Source: Clostridia bacterium
Lineage (GTDB): Bacteria; Bacillota; Clostridia; Christensenellales; UMGS416
Direction of reading: 5' to 3'
DNA length: 64,000 nt
Assembly: GCA_030637745.1 (NCBI GenBank)
Contig: DAOWFX010000043.1
Location: forward strand, 3,424 to 67,423
Positions 49,234 to 58,746 of the stretch are shown here, piece after piece. The notes under the pieces were generated by a model, which was given only the letters and a program-made list of their open reading frames with translations, did no database searches and had not been told where the DNA came from. The position numbers and the translations under genes were made by a program. How positions within the stretch are numbered: the stretch's first letter is position 1; each line of letters begins with the position of its first letter.

Positions 49234-52200
49234 TGAATAATGCACTGTTTGCCCCATTAGCAAACTCGGGGCAATTTCAGCGGATTATGGACTTCATACG
49301 AGGGGGGCAGTCGCCCTGCTCGGCATTTGGTGTGTCTGGATCTTATAAGCACTATCTATACTCCACGATTGTACAATCGGTAAAAAACCCTATTCTAATC
49401 ATTACTCCCAATCATATAATAGCAACCCAAACCGCGTCAGACATTGAAGGGATGACAGGAATTGCATGTCATGTGTTCTCCCAACGCTCTGTTGAGATAC
49501 ATCATGTACAAGCTGCAAGCAAAGAAGTGGAGCACAGACGTTCTGCATTGTTGGGCGACATGATACTAAAAAAAGCAAAAGTGATCATCGCTCCGATTGA
49601 CTCATTGATCACACCTCTTTGCCCTGTTAAAGACTTCAAAAAAGCATTCATTAATATCAAGATAGGCGATGAAATCAGTCCATTGGATTTGAGCAAAAAG
49701 CTTACATGGTCTTTATACCACAGAGAAAGTCGTGTAGAACAAGTAGGCCAATTTGCAGTACGTGGGGATATCGTGGACATATTCCCTGTTGGATCAGAAC
49801 ATCCAATACGGATTGAGTTCTTTGGGGATGATATCGAATCCATAAGAAATTTCGATGAGACAACACAACGTTCATTAACCAAAATCCAAGAGATTATAAT
49901 TTATCCTGCGATGGAAATGCCTTTGGATATTACTGCAATGGAGCGTGGTGCCAACATTATCAAAAGTTCTTCTAAGAATGCAGAAAAACGTGCAAAAAGC
50001 ATAGAAGAGTCATCGGAAGAAACGCACAAATCAGATATTGTAGCACATAATGCAAGAAATATAGATAAGCTGGTGCAAAACGGATACTTTGAAGGCATGG
50101 AAAACCACATGCGTTTGTTTTATCCCAATGCATGTACAATCGATCAATATCTAGATGATCCCATTCTTATATTTGATGAAATTACAGAAATAAAAAACAG
50201 AAGTGATGCCCTCAACAAAGAATACCATGCAGTCAATAGCAGCTTGTTCAAAACAGGACACGCACTTCAGGAACTTGAAGACTTACTCTATACCTTTGAA
50301 CAGTTGATGGACGAATTCAGTCAATCATTTATATTTACAACCACAGCATTTACTACAGACAAACTTTTAGATTATTCGCGTACGCTTACCTTTAGTGGAT
50401 CCGATGCAATGGTTTACAGAGGGCAGTTTGATTTGCTTTCCAACGATATTAAAACATGGCGTAGAGAAAAGTATAAGGTAGCTATCTTAGTCGGTACACA
50501 AGATAGGATTGATCGTGTAAAAGAAACGTTGGAGCAATATTATATTACAACAACACCACTAAAAAAGGATCGTGCAATTTCAAGTGGTGAGGTAGCTTTG
50601 GTGCCGCTATATTGTGCAAAGGGTTTTATTAGTGCTGTTGATAAATTCGTAGTATTGACAGAGAACGAACTATTTGGAAGAACTAAAAGACCTAAGAAGA
50701 AACTGCATAGAAAAAAAGCGGGAGAAGCGATATTAAACGATATCAAAAAGGGAGATTATGTGGTTCATGAATCCCATGGTATCGGAAAGTATGATGGCAT
50801 TACAAGGCTTGAAACATTAGGAACCAAGAGAGATTATCTAAAGCTTTTATACCTCGGCGGAGATGTGCTTTATATACCAACTGAGCAAATGGACAGGGTT
50901 CAAAAGTATATCGGTGCAGACCAAGGCAAAGCAAAGCTTACACGACTTGGAGGCAAGGCGTGGGAAAATGCGAGGAAGAAGGCAAAGGGTGCTGTTGCCG
51001 ATATGACAGAAGATTTGATTGCACTATATGCACAAAGAAATGCTATCAAGGGCTTTCAATTTTCCATAGATGGAGAGTGGCAAAGACAGTTTGAAGAAGC
51101 TTTTGAGTACCAAGAAACACCGGACCAGATAACAAGTATCGCAGAAATCAAAGAAGACATGCAAAGCCATGAGGTGATGGATCGTCTCTTATGTGGCGAT
51201 GTAGGATATGGCAAGACAGAGGTTGCGCTCCGTGCAGCATTCAAGGCCATTGCAGACAAAAAACAGGTTGCAATACTATGCCCCACGACTATATTGTGCC
51301 ATCAACACTATATGACAATTTGTGAAAGGTTTAAAGATTTTCCTATTGAAAAAAGGGAACTTTCACGATTTGTAACTACCGCGCATCAAAACGATACTAT
51401 AGATAAATTAAAAGTAGGCAAAGTGGATATCGTAGTTGGTACACACAGGCTACTTTCAAAGGATATCAATTTCAAAGATTTAGGCCTTCTAGTGATTGAT
51501 GAAGAGCAACGCTTTGGTGTTTCACACAAAGAGAAAATCAAAAAGCTACGTGTTGGAGTGGATGTACTAACAATGACTGCAACACCCATACCACGCACAC
51601 TGCATATGTCTCTATCCGGAATTCGAGATATCTCGATGATTGAAACACCGCCTGAGGAACGCTTTCCGGTACAAACTTTTGTAACAGAATATGACGAAGA
51701 GATGGTTAAGGGCGCATTGGAGCGCGAAATATCTCGTGGTGGGCAAGTATTCTTTGTGTACAATCGTGTACAGTCAATTGACATGATGAAGCGAAAGATT
51801 AATGAATTATTACCCAACATCAAAATCGCTATTGCGCATGGACAGATGCCTAGCAATCAGCTTGAGAATGTGATGCTAGATTTCCTTGAAAAGAAGTATG
51901 ATGTGTTGCTTTCAACAACCATTATTGAAAATGGATTGGACATCCCAAATGTTAATACTCTTATCGTGTATGACACCGATAAGTTTGGGCTTTCTCAGCT
52001 ATATCAATTACGAGGTAGAGTAGGTCGAAGCAACAGACTTTCCTATGCATACTTAACATGGCGTCCTAGTAATATGTTGACTGAGACCGCACGAAAACGA
52101 TTGGAAGCAATAGCTCAGTTTACCGAGTTTGGGAGCGGCTTGAAGATTGCGATGCGCGACCTTGAAATACGAGGTGCAGGTTCTCTGTTGGGTGCAAAGC

Positions 52201-52739
52201 AACATGGTCATATGGCTGCTATTGGATACGGATTGTATTGCAAATTGATTGAAGATGCAGTAGGAAAGATCAAAGGCGAAGAGCCACAAGAAGCCGTCAA
52301 CGAAGTGACGCTAAATGTTCAGATGGATGCATTTATTCCTGATGAATATATAATAGATATTCAAGATAGACTGGATATGTATAGAGCGATATCATACATA
52401 ACATCACTTAAAGATAAAAGCGATATTATATCAGATATGACAGATAGGTTTGGTGAAGTACCGCAAAGTGTTACAAATTTGATGGATGTTGCATTCCTAA
52501 AATACAAAAGCTCGAAAGTACAAATCAAAATGATCAGTCAAAGAGCGGATAAATTTGTACTTCGCTTTGAAGATGAAATAAATTATGACATGTTGCAATT
52601 GGTTCAATATATCAACAAGAACCATGCACGCTTTTCAGGACAAGATAATCCACAGATATTCCTTCCGATATCAGATCAAGGAATTGCGCATTTAATAGAC
52701 TTTGTACTAGGACTTGTAAAGCTTAGATTGACTCATTAA
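49233..52739 (+). CDS. mfd: transcription-repair coupling factor
   Basis: 1168 aa. UvrB-homology N-terminus, CarD/TRCF RNAP-interacting domain (GDYVVHESHGIGKY), SF2 helicase motifs (GDVGYGKTEVALRAAF, DEEQRFG), TRCF C-terminal domain. Start overlaps the rmuC stop. Confidence 0.95.
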   Translation: MNNALFAPLANSGQFQRIMDFIRGGQSPCSAFGVSGSYKHYLYSTIVQSVKNPILIITPNHIIATQTASDIEGMTGIACHVFSQRSVEIHHVQAASKEVEHRRSALLGDMILKKAKVIIAPIDSLITPLCPVKDFKKAFINIKIGDEISPLDLSKKLTWSLYHRESRVEQVGQFAVRGDIVDIFPVGSEHPIRIEFFGDDIESIRNFDETTQRSLTKIQEIIIYPAMEMPLDITAMERGANIIKSSSKNAEKRAKSIEESSEETHKSDIVAHNARNIDKLVQNGYFEGMENHMRLFYPNACTIDQYLDDPILIFDEITEIKNRSDALNKEYHAVNSSLFKTGHALQELEDLLYTFEQLMDEFSQSFIFTTTAFTTDKLLDYSRTLTFSGSDAMVYRGQFDLLSNDIKTWRREKYKVAILVGTQDRIDRVKETLEQYYITTTPLKKDRAISSGEVALVPLYCAKGFISAVDKFVVLTENELFGRTKRPKKKLHRKKAGEAILNDIKKGDYVVHESHGIGKYDGITRLETLGTKRDYLKLLYLGGDVLYIPTEQMDRVQKYIGADQGKAKLTRLGGKAWENARKKAKGAVADMTEDLIALYAQRNAIKGFQFSIDGEWQRQFEEAFEYQETPDQITSIAEIKEDMQSHEVMDRLLCGDVGYGKTEVALRAAFKAIADKKQVAILCPTTILCHQHYMTICERFKDFPIEKRELSRFVTTAHQNDTIDKLKVGKVDIVVGTHRLLSKDINFKDLGLLVIDEEQRFGVSHKEKIKKLRVGVDVLTMTATPIPRTLHMSLSGIRDISMIETPPEERFPVQTFVTEYDEEMVKGALEREISRGGQVFFVYNRVQSIDMMKRKINELLPNIKIAIAHGQMPSNQLENVMLDFLEKKYDVLLSTTIIENGLDIPNVNTLIVYDTDKFGLSQLYQLRGRVGRSNRLSYAYLTWRPSNMLTETARKRLEAIAQFTEFGSGLKIAMRDLEIRGAGSLLGAKQHGHMAAIGYGLYCKLIEDAVGKIKGEEPQEAVNEVTLNVQMDAFIPDEYIIDIQDRLDMYRAISYITSLKDKSDIISDMTDRFGEVPQSVTNLMDVAFLKYKSSKVQIKMISQRADKFVLRFEDEINYDMLQLVQYINKNHARFSGQDNPQIFLPISDQGIAHLIDFVLGLVKLRLTH

Positions 52740-52752
52740 CTCTCAACAATTT

Positions 52753-53067
52753 TTAGTGAGGAAATAATACTTCAGCTAATCCGAAAATAGTAACCGCAAA
52801 ACCCACAACCATTGAAAGAAATACCATCATAGATCTTGCTTTTTCTTTAATTATTGCGATAATTGCTGTAATTAAAGCAAGAAATGCTGATGTCCAAGCC
52901 AATAGAATGGGTATGAATAGCGAAGGATTGCTGAAGAAAGTATCTCCACCTCGCACATCGAAAATACCGATAATAAGGTAGAATACAATTAGAAAGAATA
53001 CAAAGGAAAGTAATAAAATTGATGAAAGCTTACTAAATTTTGTTTTTGGTAGGAAATAAATTTTCAA
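52753..53067 (-). CDS. small membrane protein (3 TM)
   Basis: The ORF is open to 53121. I prefer the TTG at 53067, which is 8 nt after AAGGAG. Hydrophobic throughout. The start is uncertain. Confidence 0.45.
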   Translation of the reverse strand: MKIYFLPKTKFSKLSSILLLSFVFFLIVFYLIIGIFDVRGGDTFFSNPSLFIPILLAWTSAFLALITAIIAIIKEKARSMMVFLSMVVGFAVTIFGLAEVLFPH

Positions 53068-53280
53068 ATAATCATCTCCTTGTTGCAAATTGAGTATATA
53101 CCCAATAAAACTCATAGTCAATTTTATAGTATTGCTTGTATTTCTATAATATGATTTAAGATTTCAAATTTCTTGAATAAAGGTGTATAATATTCATTAT
53201 CATATTAAATAAACCGACTTTTTCATAAGACGATTTAGTTACTCAACTCAATTTATATATACAATTAAGGAGAATATTTT

Positions 53281-53988
53281 ATGAAGAAGATGGTTATTTT
53301 ACTATTGATTATTATGTTAATCTTTACTGCATGTGGAAAACCCGCAACAAAAGATACGTCCTCTCCAAAGCAAGAAACAAAAGTAGAGGCAAAACAAGAA
53401 GAAAAGATCACATCTACAAAAGCACCGACTGAAGCTCCCACAGAAGCACCAACCCCTGAACCCATACCACTTCCAACAACTGTTGCAGTCGTTGTATGCA
53501 GAGATGGTTATGCACCCAGTGAGTTTCATCCTGTCATGGATGCGCTTGCAGCTGCAGGATATGATATTGTCCTTGTGAGCGATGAAATGGGTGATGCTGA
53601 TGGATTTAGTGAAAAGATTGCGGTAGAAAAAACATTTGAAGATTTCGAAGGTACAGATTTGCTCGGTATCGTTTTAATCGGTGGTAGTGATTCGCTTTGG
53701 GAAAACACTGAATTGCATCGCTTGCTTAATGAAGTACATGAGCTTGATAGGGTGACGGCAGGAATATGCTTAAACTCTGTTACACTTGCTAAAGCAGGAA
53801 TAATAAAAGAAGGACAAGAAGCTTGTTGGGCAAATCATGATACCATGACAGATCCCGTAATGGCAGACCTAGGTGTTGAGGATTCTGGACAACTCGTGAC
53901 TGTAGACGGCAATGTGATTACCGGAAACGGACCGCCTGCATCTGATGAGTTTGCAGCAGAGATTGTCACTGCATTGGATGCGCTATAA
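53281..53988 (+). CDS. DJ-1/PfpI-family protein with lipoprotein signal peptide
   Basis: 235 aa. AAGGAG SD. Lipobox LIFTACGK. KAPTEAPTEAPTPEPIP linker. DJ-1/PfpI core with nucleophile-elbow Cys (VTAGICLNSVTLAKAG). Confidence 0.8.
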   Translation: MKKMVILLLIIMLIFTACGKPATKDTSSPKQETKVEAKQEEKITSTKAPTEAPTEAPTPEPIPLPTTVAVVVCRDGYAPSEFHPVMDALAAAGYDIVLVSDEMGDADGFSEKIAVEKTFEDFEGTDLLGIVLIGGSDSLWENTELHRLLNEVHELDRVTAGICLNSVTLAKAGIIKEGQEACWANHDTMTDPVMADLGVEDSGQLVTVDGNVITGNGPPASDEFAAEIVTALDAL

Positions 53989-54045
53989 CGAGTTCTATCT
54001 ATTGTAGAAAAATTGTCGAAAGGTAGTCTCTTTTGATTGAAATAA

Positions 54046-54256
54046 TTGACAATTATTTGCATGACAATTATAATTGTTACGTGGTAAATCTCATAATAGG
54101 AGATGAATGATATGACATATATGCAGGTGAAAAGGATCTAAAGCATATTAAGCTTAAGCAAAGATAAACGTGTACTTATAGTATATGCTTAGCTTGGCTT
54201 GCGTCACAAACCACATGACTGCATATTTACAGACGTGTTGCGTCTGTTTTCTTTAT
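54046..54256 (+). promoter_or_regulatory. leader region: consensus promoter, SD plus 9-codon leader ORF, alternative hairpins and terminator (candidate translational attenuator)
   Basis: TTGACA (54046-54051), 17 nt, TATAAT (54069-54074). AGGAG (54098-54102), 9 nt, then ATG at 54112 encoding MTYMQVKRI with stop at 54139-54141. Mutually complementary segments: ATATGCAG (54119-54126), AAGCATAT (54141-54148), ATATGCTT (54183-54190), CTGCATAT (54219-54226). The terminator at 54229-54256 follows. Confidence 0.6.
54229..54256 (+). terminator. intrinsic terminator inside the methyltransferase leader
   Basis: ACAGACG-tgttg-CGTCTGT followed by TTTCTTT. It ends about 35 nt before the AAGGAG SD of the gene at 54305. 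Confidence 0.7.
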
Positions 54257-54304
54257 ATCCTTTTTCTATTCTAAATTTTTAAGAAAACTAAGGAGAATAA
54301 ATAT

Positions 54305-55078
54305 ATGACATTAAAAGAATTGTATAATGATTGGTATCCCGAATATTATGACAGTATAGAAACACAAACATATGACTATGAACTTATGCTCGAACTTCTG
54401 GGCACACCGAAAAAGGTGCTTGAAATCTGTTGTGGAACAGGACGCGTACTTTTGCCTCTTGCAAAAGCGGGGCACGAAACGCACGGTATAGATACAAGTT
54501 GCCACATGCTTTCGCGCTTAATGAAAAAAGCCGAAGGAGTAAGCAATATCCACATTCAGTTAGACAATGTGCTGACCGCAGACTGGGGAACGGGATTTGA
54601 TGTTGTACTTCTCGCAGGAAACATCATAATTAACATCGAAGGAAGCGAAGACTACAAGGCAGACCAGCAATTGCTCATAACAAAAGCATATGATGCGCTT
54701 AAACCTGGTGGCTATCTACTAATGGACAACGATGGTAGATATAAACCCGAGACACAGTTTAAAACGTTCGATATTCCTACAATAAGAAAGATCCCGACAG
54801 ATTCAAAAGGCATCACTGCAAAGAGAATTTTCCTATGGTCTAAGTATGATATCAAAAATCAAATTTGTACTGGAAAGAACTTATTTGAATTGACCACAAA
54901 AGAGGGAAAAATATTTGTCAAAGAAAAAGAATATCTAAAGCACATTCCATATATTCACCAAATGAAACAATGGGTGGAAAATGCAGGCTTTGTGATTGAG
55001 CATGAGTGGGGTGATCATTATAGAAACCTTATCACAAAAGATACAAATAGAGCAATATATTGGGCAAGAAAACCATAA
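54305..55078 (+). CDS. class I SAM-dependent methyltransferase
   Basis: 257 aa. Motif I VLEICCGTGRVLLPLA, followed by the acidic HGIDTS. AAGGAG SD. Confidence 0.85.
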   Translation: MTLKELYNDWYPEYYDSIETQTYDYELMLELLGTPKKVLEICCGTGRVLLPLAKAGHETHGIDTSCHMLSRLMKKAEGVSNIHIQLDNVLTADWGTGFDVVLLAGNIIINIEGSEDYKADQQLLITKAYDALKPGGYLLMDNDGRYKPETQFKTFDIPTIRKIPTDSKGITAKRIFLWSKYDIKNQICTGKNLFELTTKEGKIFVKEKEYLKHIPYIHQMKQWVENAGFVIEHEWGDHYRNLITKDTNRAIYWARKP

Positions 55079-55090
55079 CAAAAAAACAAA

Positions 55091-55126
55091 GTAGCACAAT
55101 AATTGAACTTGTTGTGCTGCTTTTAT
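55091..55126 (+). terminator. intrinsic terminator
   Basis: GTAGCACAA-taattgaac-TTGTGCTGC (9 bp with one G-U) followed by TTTT. Confidence 0.75.
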
Positions 55127-55232
55127 CACCTATATATTGTTATTTCAATGGATATTTGTATTATTATAACAATCATAGCATGCTATAATTTGGATAAATT
55201 GATATTTAATAAAAGCAAGAGGGAGCTGTGCA

Positions 55233-56861
55233 ATGAAGAAAACTGTATTATTAGGATTATTATGTTTCATCATTTTGATGACTCAAGTAGGGTGTGCCAA
55301 AGCACCAACCTATGAACACTCTGATGAAATCATGAACGTCCAAGAAGAAGCAACTGCAAGTATCGCACCAGATGCTACAGCACAGCCGGACAGTCCTGTT
55401 GCAACAAAGGAAATAAGGCCACCATCCAAAACTGTTGATGTATATTTTACAGGAGTATCTCATGATGGAAAGCCGTGGAACTGGATGGCTATCGATGAGA
55501 TGCTCGTGGCGCTGAACGAAAAACTATTAGAGGATCTCAACATCAATGTTAACTTCAATTGGCTTTCAACTGAAGAGTATTCTGATGAGATATCGATGCT
55601 TATTGCATCCGATGATGCGCCGGATATGATACAGGTAGATGAAGGTAGTGCGGATGTAAGGCTATGGTCTAGCGAGGGTTACATTGCAAACATCTATGAA
55701 CTTGCACATAGCCATATGCCCAAAACCATGGCAACTATAGGCAATTTCCCAGACTTTATTAGCACACAAGCAGCAGATGAAGCGTTGTATGTATTACCCG
55801 GGATTCAATACAACGCTGTGCGGTATACTGTCAGTGTTACAAAAGAAATAAGTGATGAATATCAAAAAGAAATTAATACATTAGAAGACTATGAAAACTT
55901 CTTAGAATGGGTAAAGCAAACAAAACCAGAAATGACACCAGGAGTTATTGAAACGAATGCAGTGATTGATATAGCTATTAAAGGTGCAGGATACAAAGAT
56001 GATGTATCAACCTTTTATACACACATAGAAAACAATAAACTTGTCAGTAAGCCCATAGAGGAAATCCCTGAGTTTCACAAAGCATATGAGATGCTACAAA
56101 GATGGGAAGAAGAACAATATTTTAGTATATTCTCTGGATTTACTTGGTGGATGGCAATGCGAGAAGGAAGATTGGCCTCAGCTCTTTTTCCATATGAATT
56201 CGTGCGAGAAAGTGCAATTTATGCACGAGATAGTTATAGATTCATCAATCATGTATTATACGAGGATACAGAGATGATACGAAGCAAAAACACCACAGGC
56301 TTTGCATTTTGTGAAAATGGTGATGCAATGATTGAAGCGATGCAATTTCTAGAATGGACACATGAATCTCAGGATAATTATGATTTGATTCAATATGGAG
56401 TGATAGACAAACAGTATAATCTTATTGATAACATGCTAAATTTTCCACCTGAGATATATACACATAATACTTTTGATTGGGAAGGCAGTATGTGCTTTAA
56501 AGATATTACACTAGATCGCCAAATCATCAACGAAGCCGTGGATGATTATTATGCATTTATACAATCGGTATCCATAGATAACACGATAACCAGACAGCAA
56601 TATTATGATAATGCAGGTATTGATATCATTGTAGTCGATAAAAAGCTACGAAGCGATACCACATTCTTAGATGATATCAATAGTAAAATCGAATTGAATC
56701 TCGAGGGTCGAGAAAAAGAGTATTCAGGATTGGTAGCAGTGTGGGAATTAAATGATTTTTCGTTGACAACAGATGAAGTGATTAAGAAGTTATCCGATGC
56801 AGGGGGTACGAAACTGGCAGCACTACTCAATGAGAAAAATGAAATGATCTACTATGATTAA
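55233..56861 (+). CDS. LplA-like solute-binding lipoprotein, tandem paralog 1
   Basis: 542 aa. GAGGGAG SD. Lipobox MTQVGC. Same architecture as 2887..4461 and 6512..7957. Roughly four-fifths identical (by eye) to the next gene. Confidence 0.7.
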   Translation: MKKTVLLGLLCFIILMTQVGCAKAPTYEHSDEIMNVQEEATASIAPDATAQPDSPVATKEIRPPSKTVDVYFTGVSHDGKPWNWMAIDEMLVALNEKLLEDLNINVNFNWLSTEEYSDEISMLIASDDAPDMIQVDEGSADVRLWSSEGYIANIYELAHSHMPKTMATIGNFPDFISTQAADEALYVLPGIQYNAVRYTVSVTKEISDEYQKEINTLEDYENFLEWVKQTKPEMTPGVIETNAVIDIAIKGAGYKDDVSTFYTHIENNKLVSKPIEEIPEFHKAYEMLQRWEEEQYFSIFSGFTWWMAMREGRLASALFPYEFVRESAIYARDSYRFINHVLYEDTEMIRSKNTTGFAFCENGDAMIEAMQFLEWTHESQDNYDLIQYGVIDKQYNLIDNMLNFPPEIYTHNTFDWEGSMCFKDITLDRQIINEAVDDYYAFIQSVSIDNTITRQQYYDNAGIDIIVVDKKLRSDTTFLDDINSKIELNLEGREKEYSGLVAVWELNDFSLTTDEVIKKLSDAGGTKLAALLNEKNEMIYYD

Positions 56862-56976
56862 CAATAATATAAAGACTGCTTTTGACGGGTAGAGCATTCC
56901 ATTATTATGTGATTTTATACAATGTCTTAAGGATAGGTAAAGATTAAATCAACTTATTTTTAAAAAGGTGGACATG

Positions 56977-58611
56977 ATGAAAAGAAGACTATTGATTTTA
57001 ATAATCTGCATAGTCACACTCTTGGCTATAGGATGCACAAAAGCGCCAACCTATGAACACTCTGATGAAATCATGAACATTGAAGTAGAAGCAACAGACA
57101 ACATTGCACCGGACACTACAGTACAACAGGATAGTCCTGTTGCTACAAAGGAAATAAGGCCACCTTCAAAGACAGTAGATGTATTCTTTGTAAGTTCCTC
57201 TCATGATGGAAAGCCAGGGCATTGGATGGGTATCGATGAGATGCTTGAGGCGCTCAATGAGAAACTATTAGAGGATCTTAACATCAATGTAAACTTTAAT
57301 TGGTTTTCAACTGAAGAGTATTCAGATGAGATATCATTGCTATTTGCATCCGATGATGCACCAGATATGATACAGGTAGACGAAGGTAGTGCGGATGTAA
57401 GGATATGGTCTAGTGAGGGTCACATTGCAAATATTTATGAATTTGCACATAGTTATATGCCCAAAACCATGGCAACCATCGGAAATTTCCCAGACTATAT
57501 TAGCACACAAGCAGCAGATGAAGCGTTGTATGTATTATCCGGGATTCAATACAACCCTGTGCGGTATATTGTTAGCGTAACAAAAGAAATTAGTGATGAA
57601 TATCAAAAAGATATCAATACGCTAGATGACTATGATGATTTTTTGGAGTGGGTAGCAAAGACAAATCCAGATTTAACACCGGGAATTATTGATTTGAATA
57701 CAGTGATTGATGCATCCATAAAGGGTGCAGGATACAAAGATGATGTATCCACTTTTTATAAGCGCATAGAAAACAATCATCTTATAAGCAAGCCCATTGA
57801 GGAGATCCCTGAGTTTCACAAAGCATATGAAATGCTTCAAAGATGGGATGAAGAAGAACATTATTTTAGTATATTTGATGAAGTTGGATATGCTTGGTAT
57901 AATGCAATGCGAGAAGGGAGATTGGCTTCAACTATAGCTCCATATGAATACATGCGAGCTTCTGCAGTTTTTGCTCGTGATAATTATAGATTTGTCAATC
58001 ATGTGTTATATAAGGATACAGGGATGATACGAAGTAAAAACACAACAGGCTTTGCTTTCTGTGAAAATGGTGATGCAATGATTGAAGCCATGCAATTTCT
58101 TGAATGGACACATGAATCTCAGGATAATTATGACCTGATTCAATATGGAGTACAAGACAGACATTATGCACTCATTGATAATATGTTAAATTATTCAATT
58201 GAGATTTATTTACATAATATTTATGATTGGGAAGGCAGCATGTGTTTTAAAGACATTACACTAGATCGCCAAATCATCAATGATGCAGTGGATGACTACT
58301 ATGCATATATTCAATCGGTATCCATAGATAATACCATAACAAGAGAACAATATTATGAAAATGCAGGTATTGATATCAATGCTGTCAATAAGAAACTTCA
58401 AGAGGACACCTCGTTTTTAGATGATATCAACAATAATATAAATATGAAACTAGAGGTACGGGGAAAAGAATATTCAGGACTCGTAACAATGTGGGAACTC
58501 GATGATTTTTCGTTGACAGTAGATGAAGTCGCACAAAAGCTTTCAGAGGCGAGTGGCGAAGAGCTTGAAACCTTAATCAATGAGCGCAATGAAATGATGT
58601 ACTACGAATAA
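56977..58611 (+). CDS. LplA-like solute-binding lipoprotein, tandem paralog 2
   Basis: Start set at MKRRLL (ATG 5 nt after AAGGTGG). Lipobox LLAIGC. Long identical runs with paralog 1 (KAPTYEHSDEIMN, DSPVATKEIRPPSKTVDV, FCENGDAMIEAMQFLEWTHESQDNYDLIQYG). Confidence 0.7.
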   Translation: MKRRLLILIICIVTLLAIGCTKAPTYEHSDEIMNIEVEATDNIAPDTTVQQDSPVATKEIRPPSKTVDVFFVSSSHDGKPGHWMGIDEMLEALNEKLLEDLNINVNFNWFSTEEYSDEISLLFASDDAPDMIQVDEGSADVRIWSSEGHIANIYEFAHSYMPKTMATIGNFPDYISTQAADEALYVLSGIQYNPVRYIVSVTKEISDEYQKDINTLDDYDDFLEWVAKTNPDLTPGIIDLNTVIDASIKGAGYKDDVSTFYKRIENNHLISKPIEEIPEFHKAYEMLQRWDEEEHYFSIFDEVGYAWYNAMREGRLASTIAPYEYMRASAVFARDNYRFVNHVLYKDTGMIRSKNTTGFAFCENGDAMIEAMQFLEWTHESQDNYDLIQYGVQDRHYALIDNMLNYSIEIYLHNIYDWEGSMCFKDITLDRQIINDAVDDYYAYIQSVSIDNTITREQYYENAGIDINAVNKKLQEDTSFLDDINNNINMKLEVRGKEYSGLVTMWELDDFSLTVDEVAQKLSEASGEELETLINERNEMMYYE

Positions 58612-58642
58612 CCCATAAAAAAATATTGAATGACGAACTACG

Positions 58643-58671
58643 AAGCACTTATTTTCGACAAGTGCTTTTTC
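58643..58671 (+). terminator. intrinsic terminator
   Basis: AAGCACTT-attttcgac-AAGTGCTT followed by TTT. Confidence 0.7.
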
Positions 58672-58686
58672 TATATCAAACATAAC

Positions 58687-58730
58687 TTGACCACGGTCAA
58701 TAAATGTGCTATGATATTGACCGTAGTCAA
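58687..58730 (+). promoter_or_regulatory. promoter with two palindromic operators (probable TetR sites)
   Basis: TTGACC (58687-58692), 17 nt, TATGAT (58710-58715). The perfect palindrome TTGACCACGGTCAA (58687-58700) covers the -35. A second copy, TTGACCGTAGTCAA (58717-58730), lies just after the -10. Confidence 0.65.
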
Positions 58731-58746
58731 GAAAGAGGAGGATAAG

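Noticed and set aside
58630-58746. Upstream extension of the membrane-protein ORF (track start 58630)
   Set aside because: The extension would be translated through an intrinsic terminator (58643-58671) and the promoter/operator region. A strong GAGGAGG SD precedes the internal ATG at 58747.
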